DNA of 39,734 nt, taken from NCBI GenBank assembly GCA_018061375.1, contig JAGOUG010000001.1, positions 1 through 39,734 of the forward strand, written 5' to 3'. Within the stretch, counting starts at the first letter, position 1, and every line of letters begins with the position of its first letter. Of the stretch, positions 1 through 7,497 are shown piece by piece. The translations under genes were made by a program, and so were the position numbers. The stretch is from Candidatus Saccharimonadota bacterium. Lineage in GTDB: Bacteria > Patescibacteriota > Saccharimonadia > Saccharimonadales > UBA7683. The notes under the pieces are model-generated. The model was not told the DNA's origin and ran no database searches. It saw only the letters and a list, made by a program, of their open reading frames with translations.

Positions 1-23
1 CACTATAGTAACAGAGGAAAAAA

Positions 24-791
24 ATGAATAATGTCGTAAAAATTCTAAAAAAACTTGGACTCAGTTCAACCGAAATAAGCTTATATCTGAACGGATTGCA
101 GTTCAGGTCTGTTCACGTTGCAAAGTTGGTTGAAATGGGTAAAGTTAAGCGCACAACTGCGTATCATGCCCTCGATACACTCGTAGAAAAAGGCTTGGCT
201 TCGGAGTCGAAACAAGATGGAAAGCTGCAGTATACAATGACGCCCGCCACAGATTTGAAACGGTTGCTGATCAATCGTAAATTACAGGTTGAGAACCAAC
301 TTGAGGAGCTAGAGAAGGTGATACCGTTGTTTCCTGTTCCAGCAATTGCTCTCCAGAGCATCCCAGAAGTTACAAATTACTATGGTACCGAGGGAATTCA
401 CGCGGCGGTCGATCGGGCGTTGTACTGCAAATCAAAAAACTGGCGTATTATGGCCCCGAAAGATAACTTTTTCCGTAATTCACAGCCTGAATATATTGCA
501 TACTTTAAACGAATGCGTGCTGAGCGGGATATATACGCAACGTCACTCTGGGAATCGCAGGAGACGTCTTCGGCAGTTGAGGCAGGTGATATTGAGCGTC
601 GGAAGCCACGAATAATGCCAAGTTCAATGTGTGGTACATTTAAATCTACAATTATAATTTTTGATCAGAGTGTTCTGGTGGTATCTTCGTATAACAAGCA
701 GTTCGCGACTATTATTGATTCTCAGGAGACTGCCGAAACGTTTGCAGTAATGTTCGATACAATCTGGCAGATTAGCAAACCGCTTTGCTAG
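24..791 (+). CDS. TrmB-family winged-helix transcriptional regulator-like protein (255 aa)
   Basis: The N-terminus LKKLGLSSTEISLYLNGL...VAKLVEMGKVKRTTAYHALDTLVEKGLA matches the TrmB-type wHTH pattern. An AGAGGA SD lies upstream of ATG 24. Confidence 0.65.
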   Translation: MNNVVKILKKLGLSSTEISLYLNGLQFRSVHVAKLVEMGKVKRTTAYHALDTLVEKGLASESKQDGKLQYTMTPATDLKRLLINRKLQVENQLEELEKVIPLFPVPAIALQSIPEVTNYYGTEGIHAAVDRALYCKSKNWRIMAPKDNFFRNSQPEYIAYFKRMRAERDIYATSLWESQETSSAVEAGDIERRKPRIMPSSMCGTFKSTIIIFDQSVLVVSSYNKQFATIIDSQETAETFAVMFDTIWQISKPLC

Positions 792-811
792 CGGTCTGCT
801 ATGATAAATGA

Positions 812-1387
812 ATGATTAAGGTTATATTTTTTGATTGTTTTGGTGTAGTCATGCTTACCAGTCAGCAGTCGCTTGAAGCGAAGCACCCAGCAGACGCTGC
901 ACGATTAACTGAGCTGAGTCATCAAGCTGACGTTGGGTTACTAGGCAGAGTCGAACTTGTTGAGCAGGTGGCGGAGCTCATTGGGGTATCGATAAATGAG
1001 GCGAACAAGATTCTTTCGAGCGGATACCATGTTAATACGCAACTCACATCGTATATGTCCGAGTTAAAGTCTCAGGGGTATAAAATTGGTTTAATAAGTA
1101 ACCTCGGAAGTGGCTGGTTTGATACCTATGTTCCGCACGAAGTAAAAGTACTGTTTGATGACAGGGTTGTCTCTGGTGATGTTGGGATGGTCAAGCCATA
1201 TCCAGAGATTTTTGAGCTGGCGTGTTCTCGACTGGGAGTTGAACCTGAAGAATCACTATTTATAGATGACATAGAATCTAATTGCGAAGGTGCTCGTTCT
1301 GCGGGCATGGCAGCTGTTAATTATGAAAACTTCGGTACGTTTAAAGCTGAACTTGTCTCGCTCATCAAAAATAATAGTGATAATTAG
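812..1387 (+). CDS. HAD-superfamily hydrolase (subfamily IA variant-3-like)
   Basis: Motif I is FFDCFGVV (FDxxGV variant). The ISNLGS and FIDDIESNCEGARSAGM motifs are present. An extended -10 (TGcTATGAT, 797-805) ends 6 nt before the ATG. Confidence 0.8.
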   Translation: MIKVIFFDCFGVVMLTSQQSLEAKHPADAARLTELSHQADVGLLGRVELVEQVAELIGVSINEANKILSSGYHVNTQLTSYMSELKSQGYKIGLISNLGSGWFDTYVPHEVKVLFDDRVVSGDVGMVKPYPEIFELACSRLGVEPEESLFIDDIESNCEGARSAGMAAVNYENFGTFKAELVSLIKNNSDN

Positions 1388-1450
1388 CACGTATTATTTT
1401 CTGTAACGGGTCAGAGCTATTCTGTCCTGTTTCTTTTTGACAACAAACTG

Positions 1451-1479
1451 TTGACCAGAATAAGCATGAGCGTTATAAC
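1451..1479 (+). promoter_or_regulatory. Candidate sigma70-type promoter (TTGACC-17 nt-TATAAC)
   Basis: The -35 is TTGACC at 1451-1456 and the -10 is TATAAC at 1474-1479. It lies upstream of the 74-aa ORF. Confidence 0.35.
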
Positions 1480-1522
1480 GTATGCAGAGGTATCAACAGC
1501 AACATAAAAACAAAGGCGTATT

Positions 1523-1747
1523 ATGGCAGAGTCAATGAGTAGTTATTATCCAGGCGGGGCATCAAACCCTCATGTCGAAATGCACGTATTTGACGGGGGT
1601 TATTTTATAGAGCCAAAAAAGGACCAGAGTCAGGCTGCGGTAGGCTACACACCCGAAATATCTGTACCGGGAGATGATAGACCCGTTGAACGTACAGTAG
1701 GGGGAATGGCGCTCGTTAAGACTCTGGCTGATACTTACGAACTGTAG
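1523..1747 (+). CDS. hypothetical small protein (74 aa)
   Basis: An ORF with a weak SD (AAAGG). No motif is recognisable. Confidence 0.35.
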   Translation: MAESMSSYYPGGASNPHVEMHVFDGGYFIEPKKDQSQAAVGYTPEISVPGDDRPVERTVGGMALVKTLADTYEL

Positions 1748-1779
1748 TTATCTAACACGTATTTACTTATAATGGTGGT

Positions 1780-2649
1780 ATGCCAGAACTTCCTGAAGTA
1801 GAGACTGTCCGTCTTGGACTCATAAAATTACTCGTCGGTCATAGGGTCGTGAGCGAAACACATGATACTCCAAAGAGTTTTCCTAATAGCTCGAATGATG
1901 TCGAGCAGTTTTTAATTGACGCAAAAGTTACCAATATCCGCAGGCGCGCTAAGGTACTATTGATTGATCTTGATACAGACTATACGTTAGTCATACATCT
2001 TAAAATGACCGGACAAATTGTGTATAGAGGTGCAGATAATTTTGGGGCTGGGCATCCAAACGATTCGCTGATTGGAAAGTTACCCGACAGATCTACACGT
2101 GTCCAGTTAATCCTCAACAATAATGCAGTGCTCTACTTTAATGATCAACGAAAGTTTGGTTGGATGAGGCTTTTACCAACGGTTGAAGTACCGAACATCG
2201 ATTTTATGAAGAAGGTGGGGCCTGAACCACTGGAAGATGATTTTACGCCAGAAATATTCATCGGTCGGTTGCAGCGGCGGAAGAACACAACTATTAAAGC
2301 TGCAATTTTAGACCAAACAGTCCTGGCCGGTATTGGCAACATTTATGCAGATGAAAGTTTATGGGGCGCAAAAATACATCCTGCAACCAGAGTGAAAGAC
2401 GTACCGCAAAATAAGTTAAAAAAGTTGTTCACTGAAATTCAATATGTACTCAGGCTCTCGATAGAAAAGGGTGGTTCAACAGACAGAAACTACGTAAACG
2501 TTGAAGGTAAACGGGGGAGTTATATAGACTTCGCTCGGGTGTTCAGAAAAGAAGGCATGCCGTGTCCGAGACACCCTGGTACTGAAATAGTTAAAATAAA
2601 AATAGCCGCACGCGGCACGCATATTTGCCCGAAGTGCCAGGTTGTATAG
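1780..2649 (+). CDS. mutM: formamidopyrimidine-DNA glycosylase (Fpg/MutM)
   Basis: The N-terminus MPELPEVETVR carries the catalytic Pro2/Glu3. An H2TH region is present, and the C-terminal zinc finger is CPRH...CPKC. Confidence 0.95.
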   Translation: MPELPEVETVRLGLIKLLVGHRVVSETHDTPKSFPNSSNDVEQFLIDAKVTNIRRRAKVLLIDLDTDYTLVIHLKMTGQIVYRGADNFGAGHPNDSLIGKLPDRSTRVQLILNNNAVLYFNDQRKFGWMRLLPTVEVPNIDFMKKVGPEPLEDDFTPEIFIGRLQRRKNTTIKAAILDQTVLAGIGNIYADESLWGAKIHPATRVKDVPQNKLKKLFTEIQYVLRLSIEKGGSTDRNYVNVEGKRGSYIDFARVFRKEGMPCPRHPGTEIVKIKIAARGTHICPKCQVV

Positions 2650-2973
2650 TTACTTTTGGAGTGTATGGTGAACGAGGATATCAGCAATATACGTACCGAC
2701 TATGGGTATTCTGCGAAGAGCCTCGCTTTTTCTGTATCCTTCAATTTGCCCCGAGTGCATTTCAGGGTTTAGGGCTATATTCCATGCAAGCTGTTGGCGC
2801 TCACTTCTGGGTGCAAGAATCGCATCGATACCGCCGGCCGTACGAATGCCCGGCATATATACTGCCCCAGAAGTCCTGACTACTGCTTCGGTTATAGGGG
2901 GCGTTGACTGTCCTTGTTCGCGTGCGTTTGCAAGAATTGAATCTCTCACTCTGTTTCGATGTGCTTCTCTCAT
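2650..2973 (-). CDS. hypothetical protein (107 aa)
   Basis: This is the most protein-like of three overlapping ORFs. On the minus strand a TACACT -10 (plus coordinates 2982-2987) lies 8 nt upstream of the ATG. No family is recognised. Confidence 0.4.
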   Translation of the reverse strand: MREAHRNRVRDSILANAREQGQSTPPITEAVVRTSGAVYMPGIRTAGGIDAILAPRSERQQLAWNIALNPEMHSGQIEGYRKSEALRRIPIVGTYIADILVHHTLQK

Positions 2974-3073
2974 TGCCTCATAGTGTACTTCTTCGACATA
3001 AGTTTGTCGAGGTAACCGAGAGCACTGGTATACTGTAAGGAATGAGATATTGTATCAGAGTCTGGAGAAACAA

Positions 3074-3991
3074 ATGGTAATTACACTTACGGGTAGTAAT
3101 AGCTTTGCGCGCGGAGCCTTTCTTGTTAATTTGAAGAAAGAATTTATAGAAAAACATGGTGCAGATGGAGCTGAATCATACACAGGAGAGCAACTTACTC
3201 CCGAAGTATTAGCTTCTGCGCTCGGTGGAGTTTCACTATTTGCGACACACAGGCTTGTAGTTATTCGAGATCTTTCATTGGCGAAGAGTGTAGTCGAACA
3301 GTTCGTCTCTCAGATTAAGCATATTTCCGAAGAAGTAACTATTGTTCTGGTGGAAGCCTCGTTAGATAAGCGTACGAGTCTGTACAAAACCCTCAAAAAA
3401 GATACTGAATTTCATGAATTTACAGAGATGAGTGACCAAGATGCTATTCGCTGGATTGAAGAGCGAGTGAAGCAAGAGGGTGGTTCAATATCTCGGCAGG
3501 TGGCACAGTTATTGTTCGTATATTGCGGAAGCGATCAGTCTCGGTTGGCGCAGGAGATCGCTAAGTTAGTCGCGTATGAGCCAGCGGTTACGAAAGAGTC
3601 AGTAGAACTACTGGTAGACAAAAACCCGCGAGATACAATTTTCGAACTGCTTGAACTTGCGATGAGCGGCAAAAGTGATAGGGCAATACAGTCGCTTCTT
3701 GCGCTTGAAGGTGCACACGAAGATCCGTTTCAAATAGCTTCAATGTTAATTTGGCAGGCCCATATTTTAGCAGCGGTTCAAACAGCATCTGATAGAAGCG
3801 ATGGTGAGATCGCTAAAGATCACAAAATAAACCCCTATGTTGTGAGCAAAACTAAACGCCTCACACAAAATATGTCTACACACAAGCTCAGTACAATTCT
3901 AGATACAGTCGCTCAACTCGACATCGCACTCAAAAGCAATGTCAATGATCCTTGGCGAGCCCTCGAACACACCGTTCTCGCACTGTACTAG
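3074..3991 (+). CDS. holA: DNA polymerase III delta subunit
   Basis: The length and pattern are delta-like (ITLTGSNSF..., LxxELxKL-type region AQEIAKLVAY). ATG 3074 has a GGAG SD at 3064-3067. The ORF-track TTG 3050 is an alternative start. Confidence 0.8.
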   Translation: MVITLTGSNSFARGAFLVNLKKEFIEKHGADGAESYTGEQLTPEVLASALGGVSLFATHRLVVIRDLSLAKSVVEQFVSQIKHISEEVTIVLVEASLDKRTSLYKTLKKDTEFHEFTEMSDQDAIRWIEERVKQEGGSISRQVAQLLFVYCGSDQSRLAQEIAKLVAYEPAVTKESVELLVDKNPRDTIFELLELAMSGKSDRAIQSLLALEGAHEDPFQIASMLIWQAHILAAVQTASDRSDGEIAKDHKINPYVVSKTKRLTQNMSTHKLSTILDTVAQLDIALKSNVNDPWRALEHTVLALY

Positions 3992-4003
3992 GCCACTAGT
4001 GAG

Positions 4004-4027
4004 GTCATTCCTACGTAGGCAGGAATC
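4004..4027. repeat. REP-like palindromic hairpin (GTCATTCCTacgtaggcAGGAATC) between convergent holA and rpsT
   Basis: The inverted arms are ATTCCT/AGGAAT with an inner CCTACGTAGG palindrome. The motif recurs at 6693, 6740 and 25020. It probably acts as a bidirectional terminator. Confidence 0.6.
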
Positions 4028-4049
4028 TTTATTAATACTGTTGTGACTA

Positions 4050-4460
4050 CTATTTTTTAGTAGGAGCTTTTTTAGCTGTAGTCTTAGCCGGTGCTTTTTT
4101 AGCAGCAGGCTTCTTGGCTGGAGCTTTGACTGCAGGCTTCGCGGCTGCTTTTGGAGCTGGCTTAGGTGCAGCTTTTTTAGCTGTAGCAGTAGGTTTTACG
4201 CCAATTGCTTTAGCTTGAGCAGTTAAACGGCTCATTTTGCGTGCAGCGGTATTCTTTTTTAGAATATTCTTCTTCACGTTAACATCAAGTGCACTCTGTA
4301 CTTTCTTAAGAGCTTCGCCAGCTTTTTTAGCGTCTTTTGCTTCAATTGCAGCAGAAAATTCTTTAACTTCTGTGCGAAGGGTGCGCTTAGTAACTTGGTT
4401 TCGTGCTTTTCGCTTTGCAGTCTGGTGCATGCGTTTAATAGCAGATTTAATGATTGGCAT
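4050..4460 (-). CDS. rpsT: 30S ribosomal protein S20 with about 48-aa Lys/Ala/Pro-rich C-terminal tail
   Basis: The N-terminus MPIIKSAIKRMHQTAKRKARN is canonical bS20. The tail reads AKKAAPKPAPKAAAKPAVKAPAKKPAAKKAPAKTTAKKAPTKK. Confidence 0.95.
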   Translation of the reverse strand: MPIIKSAIKRMHQTAKRKARNQVTKRTLRTEVKEFSAAIEAKDAKKAGEALKKVQSALDVNVKKNILKKNTAARKMSRLTAQAKAIGVKPTATAKKAAPKPAPKAAAKPAVKAPAKKPAAKKAPAKTTAKKAPTKK

Positions 4461-4547
4461 GTAGAACGTTCTCCTTTACCCTGGTGCGCTGAGGTGTTTC
4501 AACAGATACGCAGGTGATTTATTAACTATTGTTGTAGTCAGGTGACA

Positions 4548-4576
4548 AGTATACCGTAAACTGACGATTTGGTAAA
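4548..4576 (-). promoter_or_regulatory. Candidate rpsT promoter (TTTACC-17 nt-TATACT on minus strand)
   Basis: In plus coordinates the -35 is at 4571-4576 and the -10 at 4548-4553. This leaves a leader of about 80 nt before rpsT. Confidence 0.4.
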
Positions 4577-4599
4577 GTGTTATATCAGTAGTGAATATG

Positions 4600-4627
4600 T
4601 TGACATGCCGCAGTTTACGTTTATACT
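4600..4627 (+). promoter_or_regulatory. Candidate promoter (TTGACA-16 nt-TATACT)
   Basis: The -35 is at 4600-4605 and the -10 at 4622-4627. It lies upstream of ATG 4660. Confidence 0.45.
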
Positions 4628-4659
4628 GGTTATGTATAGCATCAAAATAAAAAACAACT

Positions 4660-6669
4660 ATGGATCCATTACAAACAGCACAATCAACCAATGAACCCAC
4701 AGCTCCCGTTGAGGCGCCTGTAGTTAACGTAAAACAACAAATTGTTGAAAAAGTTACAGGTTCTAAAAATATACTGGTTACAGTTGGCGGTACCCCAACA
4801 GTCGATGAGCTTTCTGCAGCACTTGCGTTGACGTTCTTACTTGGTAAACTACAAAAACACGTAACAGCTGTTTTTAGCGGTAAAACGCCACCGGCCATTG
4901 AGTTTTTAGATCCAGAAAAGACGTTTGAACGCACAGTAGATTCACTTCGTGATTTTATTATTGCACTTGATAAAGAAAAAGCAGATAAACTCCGCTACAA
5001 AGTCGAAGATGATGTTGTAAAGGTGTTTATTACCCCTTACAGAACGGTAATTTCTGAAAAAGATCTCCAGTTCAGTCAGGGTGACTTCAACGTTGATATT
5101 ATTATTGGTCTCGGAATTACAAAAAAAGAAGATCTTGATAAGGCAATCGTGGCACACGGACGAATACTCCATGATGCAGAAGTCATTACGATTAATGCAA
5201 ATGGCAAAGTTAGTAACCTCGGTTCAATTGATTGGTCAGATAGTGCCGCAAGTTCAGTCTCCGAAATGCTCGTAAGTATTAGTGAATCGTTTGGCAGCGG
5301 CTTACTAGACGAACAGATTAGCACGGCACTTCTTACAGGTATAGTGGCTGAGACTAATCGTTTTTCTAATGAAAAAACTAGTCCAAAAGTTATGACTATG
5401 GCTGCTCAGCTTATGGCTGCGGGCGCAAATCAGCAGTTAATTGCGACGAACCTTCGCCAAGAGGGAATGATTAGCGAGTCTGTTCGAACAAAAGACACTT
5501 CTAAAGATTCTGCAAAACCAGACGACAACGGTGAAATGGTATTAGACCATGGTGGAAATACAAAAAAACCGATTCAGCCCCCTAAAAAGCAGAATAATTC
5601 ACAGCCGAATACCGTAAAAAAACCAGATCTAGTACCACCACAGCCAACTGAGAAGACTGCTGTGACTCCGCCTGTTTCGATTCCTGCGCCACTGGTGAAC
5701 ACGCCAGAGGCTCCTACCGAACCACCGGCACCACCGTTAATTAAATCTGAACCAAGCCCAGTGCGAATCGACGACAGGAACATGCTAGATACTTCTGCAT
5801 CAGTAGTCCCGGAAATTATTAACGAAGCGGACAAGGATGTGGCAGAAAAACCTGCTTTTGGAGGTACTTTAAATGCAACTACCAGTCGGGCCGAAGAAGA
5901 TCAAGAGGCGCAGACTGCACTAGAAAAAGCAGAAAATAACACGATGCTCGAACACGGTTCTGGTGGTAGTCAATCTGAAGATGCGATTGCGGCTGCTCGT
6001 CGAGCGCTTGAAGACGTAAATGAAGCCGCACCGTTTGATCCTAGTAATAACCCAACCGAATCTATCGGCGCAAATCCACTTCCTCCGGTTAGGGAAGAAG
6101 CCCAGTTGCCACAATTGCAGGCAATACCTTCTCCGGAGCAGGTGATAAACCCAGATGCTGCCGCAGGTGAAATGCAGGCACAAGCAGTGGTGCAAAATAA
6201 CTCTGTGGCTAGTGCAGCTGCTGAGCCATCCCCGGTGGATGCCTTTATGCAGCCACATGCAGAGGCTCCAAGCACGCCAAATCAGCCTAATGTACCGTTT
6301 ACGCCCCCGGGTGCACCGATGCCAGATATGCCACCACTTCCTCCGTTACCAAGTATGGCAGGCGGTCCGGGTGCGCCGAGTATGCCACCGCTTCCACCTA
6401 TGCCTGGCCAGCCAACAGATCCAACTGCAGGATTCCAGCCAGATTTAGGCCCTGCATTCATGCAAGGTGTGCCACAAAGCCAGAACTCTTGGACCCAGGC
6501 AGGTGATGATATGGCTGCAAAAAATGCTGAAAAAGAAGCCACTCGACAGGCAAAACTAGACCAAATGGGTGCCCAATACGATGCCGCAGTAGATAAGAAT
6601 CTAGAGATGCAGGGTAAACCTCCTGTAAACACCGACCATTCAACCTTCCCGTTGCCGCCCACTCAGTAG
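4660..6669 (+). CDS. Degenerate DHH-domain (NrnA-like) protein with long proline-rich disordered C-terminal region (669 aa)
   Basis: DWSDSAASSVSEML and LLTGIVAETNRF match NrnA-type DHH-domain signatures. The catalytic DxD, D and DHH positions read TVD, G and NAN. No GGGH (DHHA1) motif is present. From about aa 270 the sequence is P/A/Q-rich, including MPPLPPLPSMAGGPGAPSMPPLPPMPG. Confidence 0.8.
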   Translation: MDPLQTAQSTNEPTAPVEAPVVNVKQQIVEKVTGSKNILVTVGGTPTVDELSAALALTFLLGKLQKHVTAVFSGKTPPAIEFLDPEKTFERTVDSLRDFIIALDKEKADKLRYKVEDDVVKVFITPYRTVISEKDLQFSQGDFNVDIIIGLGITKKEDLDKAIVAHGRILHDAEVITINANGKVSNLGSIDWSDSAASSVSEMLVSISESFGSGLLDEQISTALLTGIVAETNRFSNEKTSPKVMTMAAQLMAAGANQQLIATNLRQEGMISESVRTKDTSKDSAKPDDNGEMVLDHGGNTKKPIQPPKKQNNSQPNTVKKPDLVPPQPTEKTAVTPPVSIPAPLVNTPEAPTEPPAPPLIKSEPSPVRIDDRNMLDTSASVVPEIINEADKDVAEKPAFGGTLNATTSRAEEDQEAQTALEKAENNTMLEHGSGGSQSEDAIAAARRALEDVNEAAPFDPSNNPTESIGANPLPPVREEAQLPQLQAIPSPEQVINPDAAAGEMQAQAVVQNNSVASAAAEPSPVDAFMQPHAEAPSTPNQPNVPFTPPGAPMPDMPPLPPLPSMAGGPGAPSMPPLPPMPGQPTDPTAGFQPDLGPAFMQGVPQSQNSWTQAGDDMAAKNAEKEATRQAKLDQMGAQYDAAVDKNLEMQGKPPVNTDHSTFPLPPTQ

Positions 6670-6692
6670 TGGGTACGGTGAATAGAGTCTGG

Positions 6693-6720
6693 TGTCATTC
6701 CTGCGAAGGCAGGAATGACA
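6693..6720. repeat. REP-like perfect hairpin (12-bp stem TGTCATTCCTGC / GCAGGAATGACA, loop GAAG); probable terminator
   Basis: A perfect inverted repeat read directly from the sequence, 24 nt after the stop of the upstream gene. Confidence 0.7.
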
Positions 6721-6739
6721 GGTTTGGTAGATTGTCTTT

Positions 6740-6766
6740 GTCATCCCGGACTCTAATCCGGGATCC
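6740..6766. repeat. Second REP-like hairpin (GTCATCCCGGA ctctaa TCCGGGATCC)
   Basis: An 8-bp perfect stem at 6743-6750/6757-6764. It has the same GTCAT(T/C)CC...GG(A/G)AT architecture as 6693, 4004 and 25020. Confidence 0.65.
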
Positions 6767-6795
6767 ATGTTACGATTTGTGAGGTATACTGTCAG

Positions 6796-7476
6796 ATGAT
6801 GAATACAGAAGATGACATTCTACCTGTAGATAAACCAGTAGGCTGGACTAGTTTTGACGTGGTTGCCAAAATACGAGGCAAAATTCGGGCTGAGTACACA
6901 GCTAAGGGTAAGAAGCCGACTAAAAAACAACTTCGTGTTGGCCATGCAGGCACACTTGACCCGTTTGCAACGGGCTTATTAATTATTCTACTTGGTGAAG
7001 GCTGCAAAAAAGCCGACGAATTTTTGAAACTTGATAAAACCTATGAATTCACCGCAAAACTTGGCGAAATTAGCACGACGGGTGACCCAGAGGGTGAATT
7101 AACCCAGACTGAAGATCGAAAACCCGAGATTGAAGAAGTGAAAACAGCACTCGGGCAATTTAAGGGGGAGATAACACAGATCCCACCAGCTTTTTCAGCC
7201 ATTAAAGTAGACGGCAAGCGTGCTTACAAACTTGCTAGAGAAGGCAAAGAAGTAGTCATTCCGCCCCGTCAGGTGACGATCTTTAGGTTAGAACTTATAG
7301 ATTATAATTATCCGTACCTGAAATGTGTTTGTGATGTTAGTAGCGGCACCTACATTCGTACTTTGGTAGAAGATATTGGCAAGGCCCTCAATACCGGCGC
7401 ATACTGCCAGCAACTTCGTCGTACCCGCATTGCCAAGTATTCGATTGAAGATGCCATCAGCATTGACAAAATCTAA
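6796..7476 (+). CDS. truB: tRNA pseudouridine(55) synthase
   Basis: The PVDKPVGWTSFDVV and catalytic-Asp GHAGTLDPFATGLL motifs are present. A TATACT -10 (6785-6790) lies 5 nt before the ATG. Confidence 0.95.
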   Translation: MMNTEDDILPVDKPVGWTSFDVVAKIRGKIRAEYTAKGKKPTKKQLRVGHAGTLDPFATGLLIILLGEGCKKADEFLKLDKTYEFTAKLGEISTTGDPEGELTQTEDRKPEIEEVKTALGQFKGEITQIPPAFSAIKVDGKRAYKLAREGKEVVIPPRQVTIFRLELIDYNYPYLKCVCDVSSGTYIRTLVEDIGKALNTGAYCQQLRRTRIAKYSIEDAISIDKI

Positions 7477-7497
7477 TATTTATGATACATTCTAGTT

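Noticed and set aside
2625-2983. Plus-strand ORFs 2625-2879 and 2702-2983
   Set aside because: Their translations are Cys/Arg/Phe-rich and not protein-like. The first would overlap the mutM 3' end. The minus-strand ORF has the better start context.
5574-6662. Several long antisense and alternative-frame ORFs (86-126 aa) across the proline-rich half of the 669-aa gene
   Set aside because: They are composition artefacts of a GC-richer, low-complexity coding region. They have no starts with SD or -10 support and lie fully inside a well-supported gene.
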